In this document: positions 50,601 to 63,365 of the stretch, piece by piece
Position numbering within the stretch: position 1 is the first letter of the stretch
How the letters are laid out: every line of letters begins with the position of its first letter
Origin: Monocercomonoides exilis PA203
Taxonomy: Eukaryota; Protista; Preaxostyla
NCBI GenBank assembly: GCA_001643675.2
Contig: LSRY02000064.1
Location: forward strand, 1 to 64,000
Direction of reading: 5' to 3'
Length of the DNA: 64,000 nucleotides
Program-made: the position numbers and the translations under genes
The notes under the pieces: model-generated
Told to the model about the DNA's origin: nothing
What the model saw: the letters and a program-made list of their open reading frames with translations, nothing else
Databases searched by the model: none

Positions 50601-53600
50601 CGTTTTTGAGACGTTTGTCGTCGCATCTGCTGGCGCAGGCACCGCAGCCGCTGTGGGTCACACGCTTCAAACAAGGCAGGCCTGATTATCTGGTTGATGC
50701 AAGCATCCACTCAAAGGTTGCTCAATATACGCAGAAGAGTGAAGATGGCAAAGAAAGAAATGCTCAAAGCAAATTAGGTCAGTTTGGTAGTTCTTCTGTT
50801 TTTGAAGAGCTGATTGTGAGTGAAAAGGGAAGCGATATGCTTGTGGAAGCGCTGGGCCTTGTGCTGTTTGAGATGATGAAGGAGTTGGGGATTGAAGGAA
50901 TGAGCAAAGAGGAAAGAGAAGAGATCGCTGTGAGAGTGAAAAAGGAGCTGGAAAGAGAAAAAGAAAAGATGAGGAAAAAAGAGGAGAAAAAGAGAAAGAA
51001 AAAAGAGGAGAAGGAAAGACTGAAGCGGATGAAGAAAATGATTGCAGAACAAAACGGAACTTTGAAAGAACTCAAAAGCGAAAAAGATCAGACGAAGCTT
51101 AACAAACAGAAAGAAGAGCTAAAATCCTCTTTGAAGCCAGCAAAAGACGAAGGGGCAAGCAAACTGAGCAAAAGCGGAACAAAAGTGAAAGTCACACCTA
51201 CACCTCCTCCACCAACATCTGACCCGACATTCATCAGCTCAGCAGACATTCCACTGACTGCGTCTCTTCCCAGCACAACAAGCAGCATTCTGCAGAAGAA
51301 GACTGCAGCTGAAGCTGAAGGGAAGGAAGGAGCAAACAGCGAGGCACAGAAATCGCAGGGCAAAGAAGAGGGCAATAAGAAGTCGCAGGATGCGAAAAGA
51401 ACATCTACAATTGTGGGTGTTGCAGCGTATGTGAGCGATCTTGCTGCTTCTGCTGAGAATAAGAATGAAACTTCAAAGGCATCTGAACAGAAAGAAAGTG
51501 AGGTCAAAACAAAGGAAGCGAATGATCAAAACATCAACGTCAAAAGTGAAAAGCAAGACGGAAAAGCTAAAGACGCGAAAAATGACAGTAAAGACACTCA
51601 TCAAAAGGAAAATGACACAGAAGATGAGAACAATGATTCACATGCTTCTGAGAAGATTGATTGTATTTCGCAATTCTTTGTGGCGCTTATGAAAGGCTGG
51701 GCAGAAATGCAACGAGAAAACGAAGCGCTTAGAAATGTGCGTGAAAGAAGAGAGAAAATACTCCAAAAGGAGCAGGAAGCAGCATATGTGAAGCAGATCA
51801 AGTGTGAATTGGAGCGAAGAAGAGAAGAAAAAGAGAAGAAGAAGGCAAAAAGAGAGAGTTTGAAGCGGAAGCTGAGCGAGAAAGAAGCACGCAGAGTACA
51901 GAGAGCAGTCAAAAGGGCTCAACGAATGGAACATAAAGAAGGGAAAGAAGAAGGGAAAGAGGTAGAAGAGTTGGATATGGTAGATGACGAGGATGACAGT
52001 CAAGCAGAGCAAACGAATGTGGAAGAAGAGCTCTCAACAAGCGATGCAGAGGAGTTTATCCTGAGGGATGAAGAGGAAGAAGAGAGAAGAAAAGTGGAGC
52101 TGTCGCCTGCTTCCTTTGAGCGAGAAAAACAGCAACTGCAGCATCTGCGACAGATCCTGCTGACTGGCATCACGCCTGCTGTTGTTGACACAGAACAGCA
52201 TTTATCAGCTCTCCCAACATCTCCTCATTCTTCTCTTTGTTCACCAAAAGCTCCGCACAGAAGAGACAACCAGTCATCAGCACCATCCACACCTTCGCCT
52301 CTCGTATCGTCTCCTCAGCTGGCAAGCACAACAACCACACAAATTCCATTTCTTCCACAATCCATCTCGTTTCCTCCGCTTCCTTCATCACATTCTGTTT
52401 CTGCAACTGCACCTTCCACCCCTAAAACAGCGAAATCGTCTCTATCCTCTTCCAACACAGCCACTTTATCTGCTTCTTACTCTTCTCATCCCTCTGTACT
52501 TCCCTTGGATTCTTCCATTTCTTCTCTTCCTGTCCATCCTCTTCGCCCGGCACCTCCGCTGTCTTCGTCGCAGCTGATCTCAGCCTGCCGCGGGGGAATG
52601 CTTTGGGGTGAAATATCAGCCGAGCTCTTTTGGAAGAGGTGCAACTGGCACGAGTCCACTCGAATGCTTGGCAATTCTGCTTCAAACAGCAGAAATCAAA
52701 GTGAATGTGCGCAAGAGGAACTACTGAGCGATACAGAGGAAGAAAACGTGGCAGCACTGCAAAAACAAGAGAATAGCTTGGAACAGCAGAAGAAGCAAAA
52801 ACAAGAAGTGCTGCTTCGAATGCAATTGTTTGAAACGGATTTGCTTCTGTTTGATTGGAACTGCCTTTTCCCGTTCTTTCTCTTCTTTCTTGATCTCCCT
52901 CATCCACAATTGCAATCAATCCCACTGCGTCTGTTTAAGCTTCTTTCGTCTTTGTTTTCCTCTTCTCTTCTTCTGCTGCCAGATGTTCCTGTTCAAGCTC
53001 CATCTCGGAAATTGCAGAGCGCAAGCAGAGAATCAGCATTGCTTCAAAATTATGAACCAGAGAATGTTTCACCTTTGATGCCAAATTCAGATACATCCTG
53101 TGAAACCAACGAGAATGATCCTCAAATGCAGCTTTCTCATCTTTTGAAAGACAAAGAATTGCTCAGACCAAGCAGCTCTTCTCTTTTGCCTGCAAATGAC
53201 ACGTTTAATTCATTATCAACATCTTCAGCTTCTTCCAAAGAGCTTCTGTTCACACTCCCCAGTGCCCCTCCTAGTCTCCTCTCTGCTCTTTTCTCGAGTG
53301 TTCTGTGGCTGTGGACACGGCTCTACGCAAACTCACTCTGCGAGTCAAAATCCAACTCCCTCCTTCTTCTCAGAAACTGCATCGGAACTCTTCGCCACTT
53401 TACCACAGTTGGAGGCTGCTGCGATGCAGACAGCAGCTCCACGCTTTCGACTGATCCTTCACAGAAAGGAGTGACAATCACTGCGCTTATGCACGATGTT
53501 GATCTCCGCCTGCTGTTCTGGCTGTGGGAGGAGACATACAGGAGCGATGCAGAGGCTGAAAGCTGGCTTGTGCAGGTGATGGTTTCGTGTGTGTATGCAG

Positions 53601-56600
53601 ACATGCATCTGCTCCATCGCTCCACAATCAGATCAGAGTTGGGAGGCATCGAGCCATTTGTGGAGATGTACATATGGAGCTCTTCAGTCTCCAGCAGACG
53701 AAATGCGTTTTCGGTGATATTTGACTGGATTGTCGCAAACATTGCAGAGGAGGACGAGGAGAAGACGGAAAAGCAGATAAGAGAAAGAGAGCAGATTCAA
53801 CAGGAATCGACTTCCTCCTTTTTGATGAACGCATCTTCGCATCGCGATGCATCCGCTTCATCATCACCTCAAATTCCCAACTTTGCTGCCTCCTCCTCTT
53901 CTTCTCCGTACATAACAGCGCCAGACACGCGCCTCATCACCCAGGAATCTGTCGATGTTTTGTTTGAGTTTCTGCGCAGAGTGGACTGTGCAGAGTCTGC
54001 GACGGAGCTGTTTGTTGGGTCAAATGTACACTTCTTTGCTGAGGACGGGACAGCTGCCCTGGTCGAACTGCTGTTCTTGGCGAAGATTATGCCGAAGTGG
54101 AAGGAGCAGCCGTGGATAGAGTCGCACCATGTGAACAAAAGACTCTTGATCGCATTCTGCCATTCACTTACAGAATTAGCTTTGAAATACGCAAAAGTTT
54201 GTCATTTTTTTGTTTTTGTGTATATTTACGTAATTATTTGACTGTTTTTATGAAATTGTATTGGTCTTATTTCTATTTAATAATCTTATTCTTCCGTTTA
54301 ATAACTTGCTATTTATTTCATTAGATGAGCACCAAAATGCAGCAAATGCTTCCTCGTCTTGTGTCTCGATGCGACAACATCATTCTATTTCTGGATGAGA
54401 TGCTTTCACTCTTTTTGAACTCAGACAGCAGCCATCAGAAGGAGGCAGTGAATGTCATAATGTCCCTGATTGTGGTGCTGTCACACACATCTGTGTCGCA
54501 ATGGCGTGTGCTCTTCCGCGAGTCTGAGAGAGCATTTGCAGCAGTGTATGGCATTTCGTGTGTGGATGTGGTGAATCTCTGGAGGGACATCGTGGGACTT
54601 GCAAGAATCCCGACAGAAACGGTGACAAACTCAGAAAATCAAAACAGAGCAGCCAATCAGAGGACACAAAATGCAGTAGATGAATCCTCACCAGTAAACA
54701 AAGCAGCGTCAGATGCTGTTTCATTCACTGTGTGCTCGTCTCTTCCCTTGTGCCCCGTCCTTGCTCTGCTGTGGAGCGCTCCTTCTGGTTGCTTCCACCG
54801 CAGGCATTGCCACAACCCTGTGCATTCTCAGCCGTTCAGCTGCTCCTTTTCTGGATGCAGTGCTTCTCTTCTTTCCTTCTCAGCGCTTATTCTGATTGTT
54901 AACACATTATATGACGTGTTCATTGGAAGAGGCCATATCATCAGAAATGAAAATGCTCGCTGGGCAACAGGTGCGGTGCTGAGCGGAGAAATCAATATTT
55001 GCTATCCAAAAGAAAAGATGGCTGACAGAATAACAACAGTGATAGCTAACTCGGATGATTTGTGCAAGAAAGAAATGCAGCTGAACAGCGGATGTGGAAT
55101 GACCCTTCACGAGATACTCGATTTTTCACTTACGGAATCAAAAATAGACCTGTTGCATTTCATTGAAGATCCTTCATCTGAAACATATTCTTCATTAACT
55201 TCTGTTGCTTGTGAAAGCAATGTGCCCTCTCTTTCTCACAATTCACTTCATCATTTCCATCAGCTCCAACATCTTTCTCATCCCTCGTTTGTTCTGTCCC
55301 GCTTGTTCCGTCGCATCTGGATGGTCGGAAAGAGCCACATGCCTCTTCCAGGCGATCCCCGTCATCTCTTCTTCATGATGTCTGTTTTCAACACAGTTGC
55401 ACTTGCAACAGAAACCATTTTAGCGCAGAGGACTGTCGAGCGGAATGTCTTTAAGCAATTCGCTTGTGACGGAAGCACAGGGCAGTTTGAATGTGATAGA
55501 AGCAAAGATATCGAAGATGCATACAACTTCGAATCTCATGAAGCGTACACCCCGTTTGCATATGTGTTGAACAAGGCAGGACTTCTTTCAGAAACAAGCG
55601 TTGGCGCATCGAAGAAAGCAGACATTCCACACTCTTTTTCATATGCACTGACCCTCTGTGAAGCGAAAGAAGAAGAAGAAGCGCTTGTTTCTTGTCTCGT
55701 TCAATTGTTTGAAATTCTTTTGAAAGATATCGCCTTCTTACCTGCTTCTCATCGTTTAAGCATCTCCTCTCTAACAGCATTTCATCAAACAAATTCTTCA
55801 CATCGCACTTCACCTGCTGCAGCACCTCTTTCATCATCTTCTTCTTCTCCTTCTTCTTCAGCATCTGCTCTGATGTCTATTCTTCTTCCATCAACTCCTT
55901 CATTTTCGGGTTCTCTCTCTTCTATTTCGTCTTCCTGGCACTCACCAATCTCCCGTGGCTGCGACACAAGTCTGTCGTTGTTTGCTTTGGGATGCACTTC
56001 GATTACTCCTCTTCCTATCTGCTTTGCCAACCCGCTTGTCCTCAAAGCTGTTGTGTTGCTTTGCAGCACGCTTTGCGCAAAGAACGTGCTGAATTCAGAA
56101 GATGCGCTTGGTGAAGTTGATTATTGCCTCAGTCTCGTAGAGAAACGGAAGCTGGGCGTCGTGAGTCTGCTGATGTGGTCACATCAGCTGCTTTTGGGCG
56201 TTAGGAAAATCCACGAAGACGATTTCGCGTTTTTGAAATCGCTAATAAAAGGTTACAACCCAGAATTGGCATTGTATGTGAAGTTTTTTATTTTTGGACA
56301 TGATTCAGCATTATCTTTTGACAATTCAATTTTTTTTTCTCCAATTTCCATGTGAATTAACATTGATACATTTTTCATTTTTTTTTAGCTTTGCATCGCA
56401 AATTATGAGAGAATGCCTGTCCCTCCATCGGCATGACACGTATGATCGTCTCACTCAATCAGTTGTGGCTTCAGCGTCAGAAAGCAGTTTGTTTTTATTA
56501 TTTCACTGTATTTTGATTTAATAATTTCTTTATTAAAAATGAATTCATTCTACAAAATTCGAATGATTTTGATTCACTCTTTTTTTGTGTCATTTTAGAT

Positions 56601-56651
56601 GACTTTAAACGACTGTCCAATGCCTATTTCTTTATGAGCCCCCTCTTTTAA
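44633..56651 (+). CDS. Giant (~3,900 aa) Ser-rich/low-complexity protein with conserved helical blocks near the C-terminus; 4 exons
   Basis: ~9.6-kb first exon. GT-AG introns at ~54197-54325, ~56273-56388 and ~56488-56598. Ends ...ESNDFKRLSNAYFFMSPLF*. Confidence 0.85.
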
Positions 56652-56905
56652 CAACTTGTTCAATTCTTTTGTTTGTGTTTTATTGAATCATATCACGTAT
56701 ATATTTTTCAAACTTTTTTATTTGCTCAAAGCGTTGTTATGTGATCATATCACCGTCCAAAAACAATGTGAAAGATCAGGCAACTGAAAGACAAAAACGA
56801 AAACTCTAAATAAAAATAAAAATTCTATTCCGTTAATAATTGCAAGTCTATTAAGAACTACCAATAGGAGATTCCAATGTTTTTTTATTGCTTCAACGCA
56901 ACACT

Positions 56906-58513
56906 TTATTTTGATGCAAGTCTAACCCAATCAACAACGTCGTTTTCTTCCAGCTTTCCATTCGAGCCCTGGTATTTCTTTGCAAAGTACCGCTTGGCCA
57001 ACACTTTGGCTTCTTCTTCATTCAACTCCTCGCAAACGGTATCGTCTTTTCCTTTGGAGCAGGTAAGCATCATTTTGTATGCTTTTGATTCGTGTTCAAG
57101 TTGGCTGAATCTTGTTGGTGCACCCCAGCTTTGGAAGAGACGCTCCATCGCATCGACACCTTCGAGAACGTCTCCGCTTTTGATGCCAAACACATTGCGT
57201 GACAGCCGCCGCAGCACAGCAAGATGAGGCTTGCGACGTTGGACGACTGTTTCCGAAGGAGTTTGTGAAGATGACGGTGCTGAAGAATCTGTCACTTTGT
57301 GCTTCATAACCCAGCGGATATACGACGGAAGCAGAATCGCCAATCCAGTTCCGTGGCTCAGCTCAGGATACATTGAAGAAAGTGCATGCTCCAACATGTG
57401 TGTTGCCCAGTCTCCGCTGTTGAGAGCAACTTGTGCAACTCCGTTTAATCCAAGAGTCGCTGCCCAGCAGAGATTGGCTCTTGCTGTGTAATCACTTGGA
57501 TTGTGCTGCAACTTGTTTGTGGCTTGGATGATGGTCAGAATTAAAGATTCTGCAAGAGCTATTGTTGTTTCTTCAAATCTGTTTTATTTTTTTCAAAGAA
57601 TAAGAAATATTAACCTATAAGCACATTAATAAATCAAACCCTTCAGCACCAAGAATTCCTTCAACGCAATGAACAATAGCATCAATGGCTCCATCCTTTG
57701 TTGTACGCCATGGCAGAGAATATTGTGCTTGTGGATCAATTGTTGTGGCAACTGGGAACAATGATTGATGTTTCAAATTCCATTTTTTATCGTTGTTCGT
57801 AACAACGCATCCCATATTCATTTCAGATCCAGTTGCTGAAACCGTGCACACAACAAAAAGAGGATATATTTTTTCTGTGAGAGCTGAAAGCCCTTCAAAG
57901 CATTGCCAAATATCAGGATGATCAATTCCACCTGCAATTGCTTTACAAGTATCAATAACACTTCCTCCTCCAACGGCAAGAATTGCAGTGATTGCTACAC
58001 ATTATTTATTAAAAGATTCTAGAAATAAAGCAACAGTTAGAAAACAAAAGAATTTATACCAGGAGATGATTTTCTCACAATTTCTATTCCTTCGTAAACT
58101 TTTGAAAGAACTGGATTTGGTTGCACTCCCCACAATTCTGTCCACTCAACGCCATTTTCCTTTAACGATTGAGTCACTTCCTAATTATAAAAATCATAAG
58201 TCTTCATGTGAACTTAATAATTTTCTGACCTCGTAAACTCCATTCTTTTTAATTGAACCTCCACCAGCAACGAGAAGAACGTTTGTATGCTTCCTCATTG
58301 AAATCTCTTTTCCAATCTGCTTGTTCATTCCCTTTCCAAAGAGGATTTTTGTGGCTTTTATACAAATTGACATACATTTGAAAATGATTGAAAACAGCAT
58401 ATATTGATTGATATAGATCTTAAAATATCATGATAGAAAATCACACGATTGTAAAAAGAGAATGCATCCAATGAAGATGGTGGTTGTGCTGTTATATCTT
58501 TGTGTTCAGACAT
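56906..58513 (-). CDS. Iron-containing alcohol dehydrogenase, NADH-dependent butanol dehydrogenase (BdhA/YqhD-like), multi-exon
   Basis: FSFYN/PTKILFGKG, GGGSIKKNGVY, GVQPNP, LAVGGGSVIDTCKAIA, ATGSEMN, DAIVHCVE, WATHMLEHALS and HGTGLA. Confidence 0.93.
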
Positions 58514-58602
58514 TTATTGATCTGTCGACCAGAATTATTCTCATGAGACTTAAAAAAGGATTCAAAAAAACTCTCAATAATTATTGGTTCGAAATTAACT
58601 CA

Positions 58603-61600
58603 TAGTGATGTGGCAAACCCGCACATTTGCATAAACCCGCACACTAAGGTTTTGATGAAAGTTCAGACTATAAATATTTGAAAAATTAATTCTTTTTTTT
58701 TTAAAAACATTTCTTGATAAGAAAAAAACATTCTTTCATAAAAAATATTTCATGTGGGGTCAGCTTTGATCTTTTAATTTGAGCCTTTCTTTTCACACCA
58801 CTCTCTTTTGTTTTTTATATCTAATTTACAAACCGTTGAAATTGAAAAAACAATATTTGTTAAGATATTCTTTTGTCTTTATTGTTCAAATTGTTAAAAA
58901 AAAAGTGAAAATAAAAAAAGATAAAGCAAAAGCCAAGAAAATAAAGATCTTTTTAAAACGTTTAAAAAAAATCGATGTTGTTGATTTCAATACATAAAGC
59001 ATTAAAAGGTTAAGCGCATAATCAACTGTGTAAAATAGAGGATGTGCTCTACTGACAATGTGCTGTCTTTGAACAGTATTTATCAAAACTTAAGAAAATG
59101 AAACAGATAAATAAAAATAAAGAATAATACCGCACAAAAATAGAATGTTTTGAACTTAATGCCTTCGCCACAGAAAGAACGAAAAGTTTTTGTTTTTAAG
59201 GAAATTTTCAAATCAAATTATGGTTTTTGTCCCATAAAATATATATTTACCAAATTATTTCATTTATATTTCATTTCAGTGTTTTCAATAATATCTCTTC
59301 TTGGAACAATTATTAAACAATTAATAATAAATTCAATGTTACGTTCTGATATTCGAGAATGAGCAAAAATGTTTGATTTTATTCTTTGCATTATGAATGT
59401 TAAAAATTTTTTTATTCTGAACATGAACAGAACATACGCAATAGTGAGATGATCAACAGTCATTCGAAAATAAGATCTGAAACTTAAAAAAATGAAATGA
59501 CTTGAAAATTACGAAATAATTATTCGATAAATGAAAATTCCTTGCAATGCAATAATAAAATCAAATTTGCTATTAGTTCTCTTTGTATCGAATTGAAGCA
59601 TCTGTAAATCAATCCACATGATAAAAAGAACGAATGGTGTGACTTTTCATTTATTTTTTTTAATAATTGAATGAAAAAATACTTTTATTTCAGCTTTTCT
59701 TATGATAATAGTTGTATTTTGGTTTGTCTTTCTTCGATATATGTGTGTTCTCTTATTCTCGTTTTTTTATTCTCATTATATAGATGGCAAACATTGGTTA
59801 ACTTATGACCATATGAAACTCTATTCACATTAGATCATGAAATGAATGATTTCTTCTAAAGTTTTTCCATGGATAAAACACACAATCATCACTATTGTTT
59901 CAAATACGATTAAACCAAAGTGACATTTGCACTATTCTGGGGGAGATAATTATGTGGATATGAGAAAGGCCAACACATGAAAAATATTACAAGTATCAGA
60001 TAAGTTTATTCAATAAAAATCAAATAATAAATTTACTGATTTGCTTTGGAAGTGTTCAAGGATTGTTCTGTATGCAAAATAAACTATTCAGTAGCAATCA
60101 GATCGGACAATTGTCTCATATACATTACTTTTTTCGTTTCATGAAAAGCAGCTCATATGAATTTCATAATCAACAAATACAGTCATTAAATGAATGAACA
60201 TTTTCGAAATTGTCTATTATATATTAAGTAACAAAAATGTTCACAACAAATAACTGAATGCGAAATTTGTTGGTTCACATTATAACAATATGGTTTGTTT
60301 GTAATTTCAAAATCGTTTTCAATTTCGTTTTTCAAAGTTTTTTTAAGGTGCTTTATGTTTTATTTTTTGTAATTGATTGTGTTATTTAAAAGCTGTATTA
60401 TAATAATTATCGATGAAATGAAAACTTTGTGAATTGATTCTAAAAAAATAATTGTTCAATCATTCTATTTTTGTTTATAATATTGTGTTGTTCTCAAATT
60501 CTTTTCTTTTCATAGTTTTTCGATATCATCATCCTCATCAAAGTCTGGATGCACAACGTACTCTTGTAAATATTTGCTTGTCATGGTTTTTATTGACCGA
60601 GTGGAGTATATCTTTGGTATGAAATGAGTTTTTGTTGTTTCACTAATATCTTCATTTGAATCTTCCGTATTATCCAAATTTTCATAATCTTGTTCGCTAT
60701 CATTTCTTAATCTCTTTTTCTTAATTTTCTCATTTTTTGAATGTGTTCGTGTTTTTTTTGAAGTTTGTGACGAAGATATGCTGCTGGAGGAAAAATCTGA
60801 TTCAGAACAGTTGCATTCAGATTGACTTTCTTCTGAACTGCTTGACGATTGTTCAGAAGCATGGACGCTTTTATGTTTCAATTTGGGAAATAGCTGCACA
60901 CCCAAAATGTTATCTTCTCCCTCCTGAGAATCTGAAGGTTCAGTCTCTTCTTCTGAGGAATGAACTTCGCAAATTGCTCTAATCTGTTCTGGAGATTGCT
61001 CCATCTTTTCAAGTGAATCTTCCGAAGAAACGTACTTTGGAATTTTCTTTGTTTGCTCTAAATCTGAACAATTGTCACATCCGCCAGAATTAATGAATTT
61101 TGTTTGTTTTTGTCGTTTTTTTTCATTTGTTAACAATTCCTTTTCTTTCTCATGCAACTCCCAATCTGTCAGAAACTCAGGGTCTGTGATACATTTGCCA
61201 GAAATGGACCAACGGCTTGTGTTTCTTGCAGGCTTCACTTCCGGAGGAAGAGAATCAAGAGTTTGATCCACAACATGTGCAATTGAGGATGAGGTGATGC
61301 CAGCCTCGAAAAAGCCATGTCTGATTGTTTTCGGTGCCAAAGCGTAATAAACACAATCTGCGATTGCTCTTACGAAAGGCATGAATTCATTTTTCATTTT
61401 TTTAATTGAAGGCTCATTTTTAACTTTTTTAAGTTGGCTTTTTAGTACTGCGTTTGGTCCGAGGTCCAAGGGTTGCAAAATGTGCGACGTATGTGCAGGA
61501 ATAACAACCACATCCACATTTTCAGATGCAAATTGCAACCACAGTTGAAGATTCTGCCTTGATGAATGACCGTCCAAGATGATAAGAGCAGGTGGAATGG

Positions 61601-63254
61601 GTTCGTTCTCCTCATCGCAGTTTGTCTTATCACTTTTATTGCTATTAAACTCTTTTTGTTGAATCCTTTCCGTTTCAGCTTCTTCTTTTAACCACCAATT
61701 GATTTCGTCGCAATTATCTTCATTTATCAATAAGCGAGAAGAACAAGAAGCGTCTTCCTCGAAAGAAGAAACAAAACCAACACAAGAATTATAAGTTTGA
61801 TCATCAACATCCGTTTGTTGTTCAGCAGAAGGCAAAGTGTGTTGCATATGAGAGTTTAAGTTGTCTGAAGAAACTTGTTGAAATTGAAGCGATACTCTTT
61901 GAGAAGAAATTTCACTGTTTGCTGCTTTTGAATTCACTAATTCTGAAATTGGATCTCCATCATCAGAAGAGACGCTTGCTGTTTTCGCTGTTTCTGAGAT
62001 GTGTGAATCTGTAAAGAATTCGCGATCATCTGAATGTCTGTTAACACGTGAAGTGATTTGCGCTGATTCTGAAATTGCATTTTCTTCATTTTGAATCTCT
62101 TCATGGCTTTGCATTTTCATTATTGATTGAAATGATAAACTGCTCTCTGTTTTTCCTTTTTTGATTTTTCTTTTTCATCTTTTCTTGAAAATATCGTTTT
62201 ATTCGAATCACATTTTGTCGTTGCTTTTGAATATTTGGCAGCACATTTTTCATCATTATTTCTTCAAATAAATTTTTTGTCATCCATCCTTTATTTGACG
62301 TGTGCAATATAAAATTTTCATCACTCCACTGTTCTTTTATTTCTTTTTCAAATTTGTTGGGTAATAGAAGATGTGAAGGAAGATGGCATCCATCTGCCCT
62401 TACAATAAAAAAGAAGAGTCAAATGATGAAGCGGAGGAATTTTCAAAGAAGGAACGAATTTGCATTTGCTCGAGACAACCCTTTTATTTTCTCTTTTGTC
62501 AGAAGATTGGCAACTTGTTTCATCCAATTGAAAGATCAATGAAGGATGATATTTTTTCTGTTTCATCAAGTTACGCAAGCGCGATAAAAAAGACAAAACA
62601 TTACTTTTCAATGAGGCCCTTATACGTGCATGATCAAGCTTAATTGGATGTATTGTTCTAAGTTGTTTGTGTCTAGAAAGAAAACCATATACCCAACGCA
62701 TGCTGGGCATTTCGATATAAACAGCAGATTTTTCAGAACGTTGTTTTCTAATTCTCCAAGCCTAAGTTTTTATAAATTAGCTGGAAAGAATAAAGAAATC
62801 AAACTATTCTCGGGATGTCTTTCAATGTTGGTTGAGTCGAAACATCATCCCAATTCAAAAGGATTTCTTCTAGCCTATCTTCTTCTTCCTCCGACAAATA
62901 TCTTGGCCTGCCGTTTTTCCCTGCAATTTCTCCTTTTGAAATCATTCGAAGTGCCCTTTGTTGACAATAATAGCTATTTCGTTCAGATTTATTGATGACA
63001 ATTTTTTCTTTTTTCATATCATCCATTTATGAAAGTTGAATAATGTTCCAAAATATTGTTTTTCGATAAATATTATTTAATGATATGGGAAAAACAACCA
63101 TAACAGAATTAAAAAATATAAAAAAAACTATTTTAAAATCTATATTCAATTGTTAATAACTTTTGATATGAAATATTTGTTTTAAAGAAACTTTCCTTTC
63201 ATTTGAACTGAATTGTGCGGGTTTGTGCAAATGTGCGGGTTTATGCGCACACCA
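58603..63254 (-). mobile_element. pogo-like DD35D DNA transposon (~4.65 kb)
   Basis: TIRs with doubled AAACCCGCACA units at 58615-58643 and, inverted, at 63214-63243. Outermost bases degenerate. Confidence 0.85.
60510..63026 (-). pseudogene. pogo-like DDE_1 transposase, frameshifted, with a large low-complexity insertion
   Basis: GRPRYLS, WVYGFLSRH, IFQLDETS, KGWMTKNLF and ILDGHSSR-(35 aa)-PAHTSHILQPLD, across several frames. Confidence 0.85.
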
Positions 63255-63365
63255 TCATATTCTAATTTTGTTTTTAAAAATTTTTTAAATTTGATAATGA
63301 AACTTAATTTTTGTTTTATTTTGCAGTAAATTAATTGTGAAGTGAATTCAAAAAAGATCAATGCA

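Noticed and set aside
45610-54138. Many antisense and alternative-frame ORFs (poly-Glu, poly-Arg/Lys)
   Set aside because: They are shadows of the poly-Ser codons of the giant gene and have no independent motifs.
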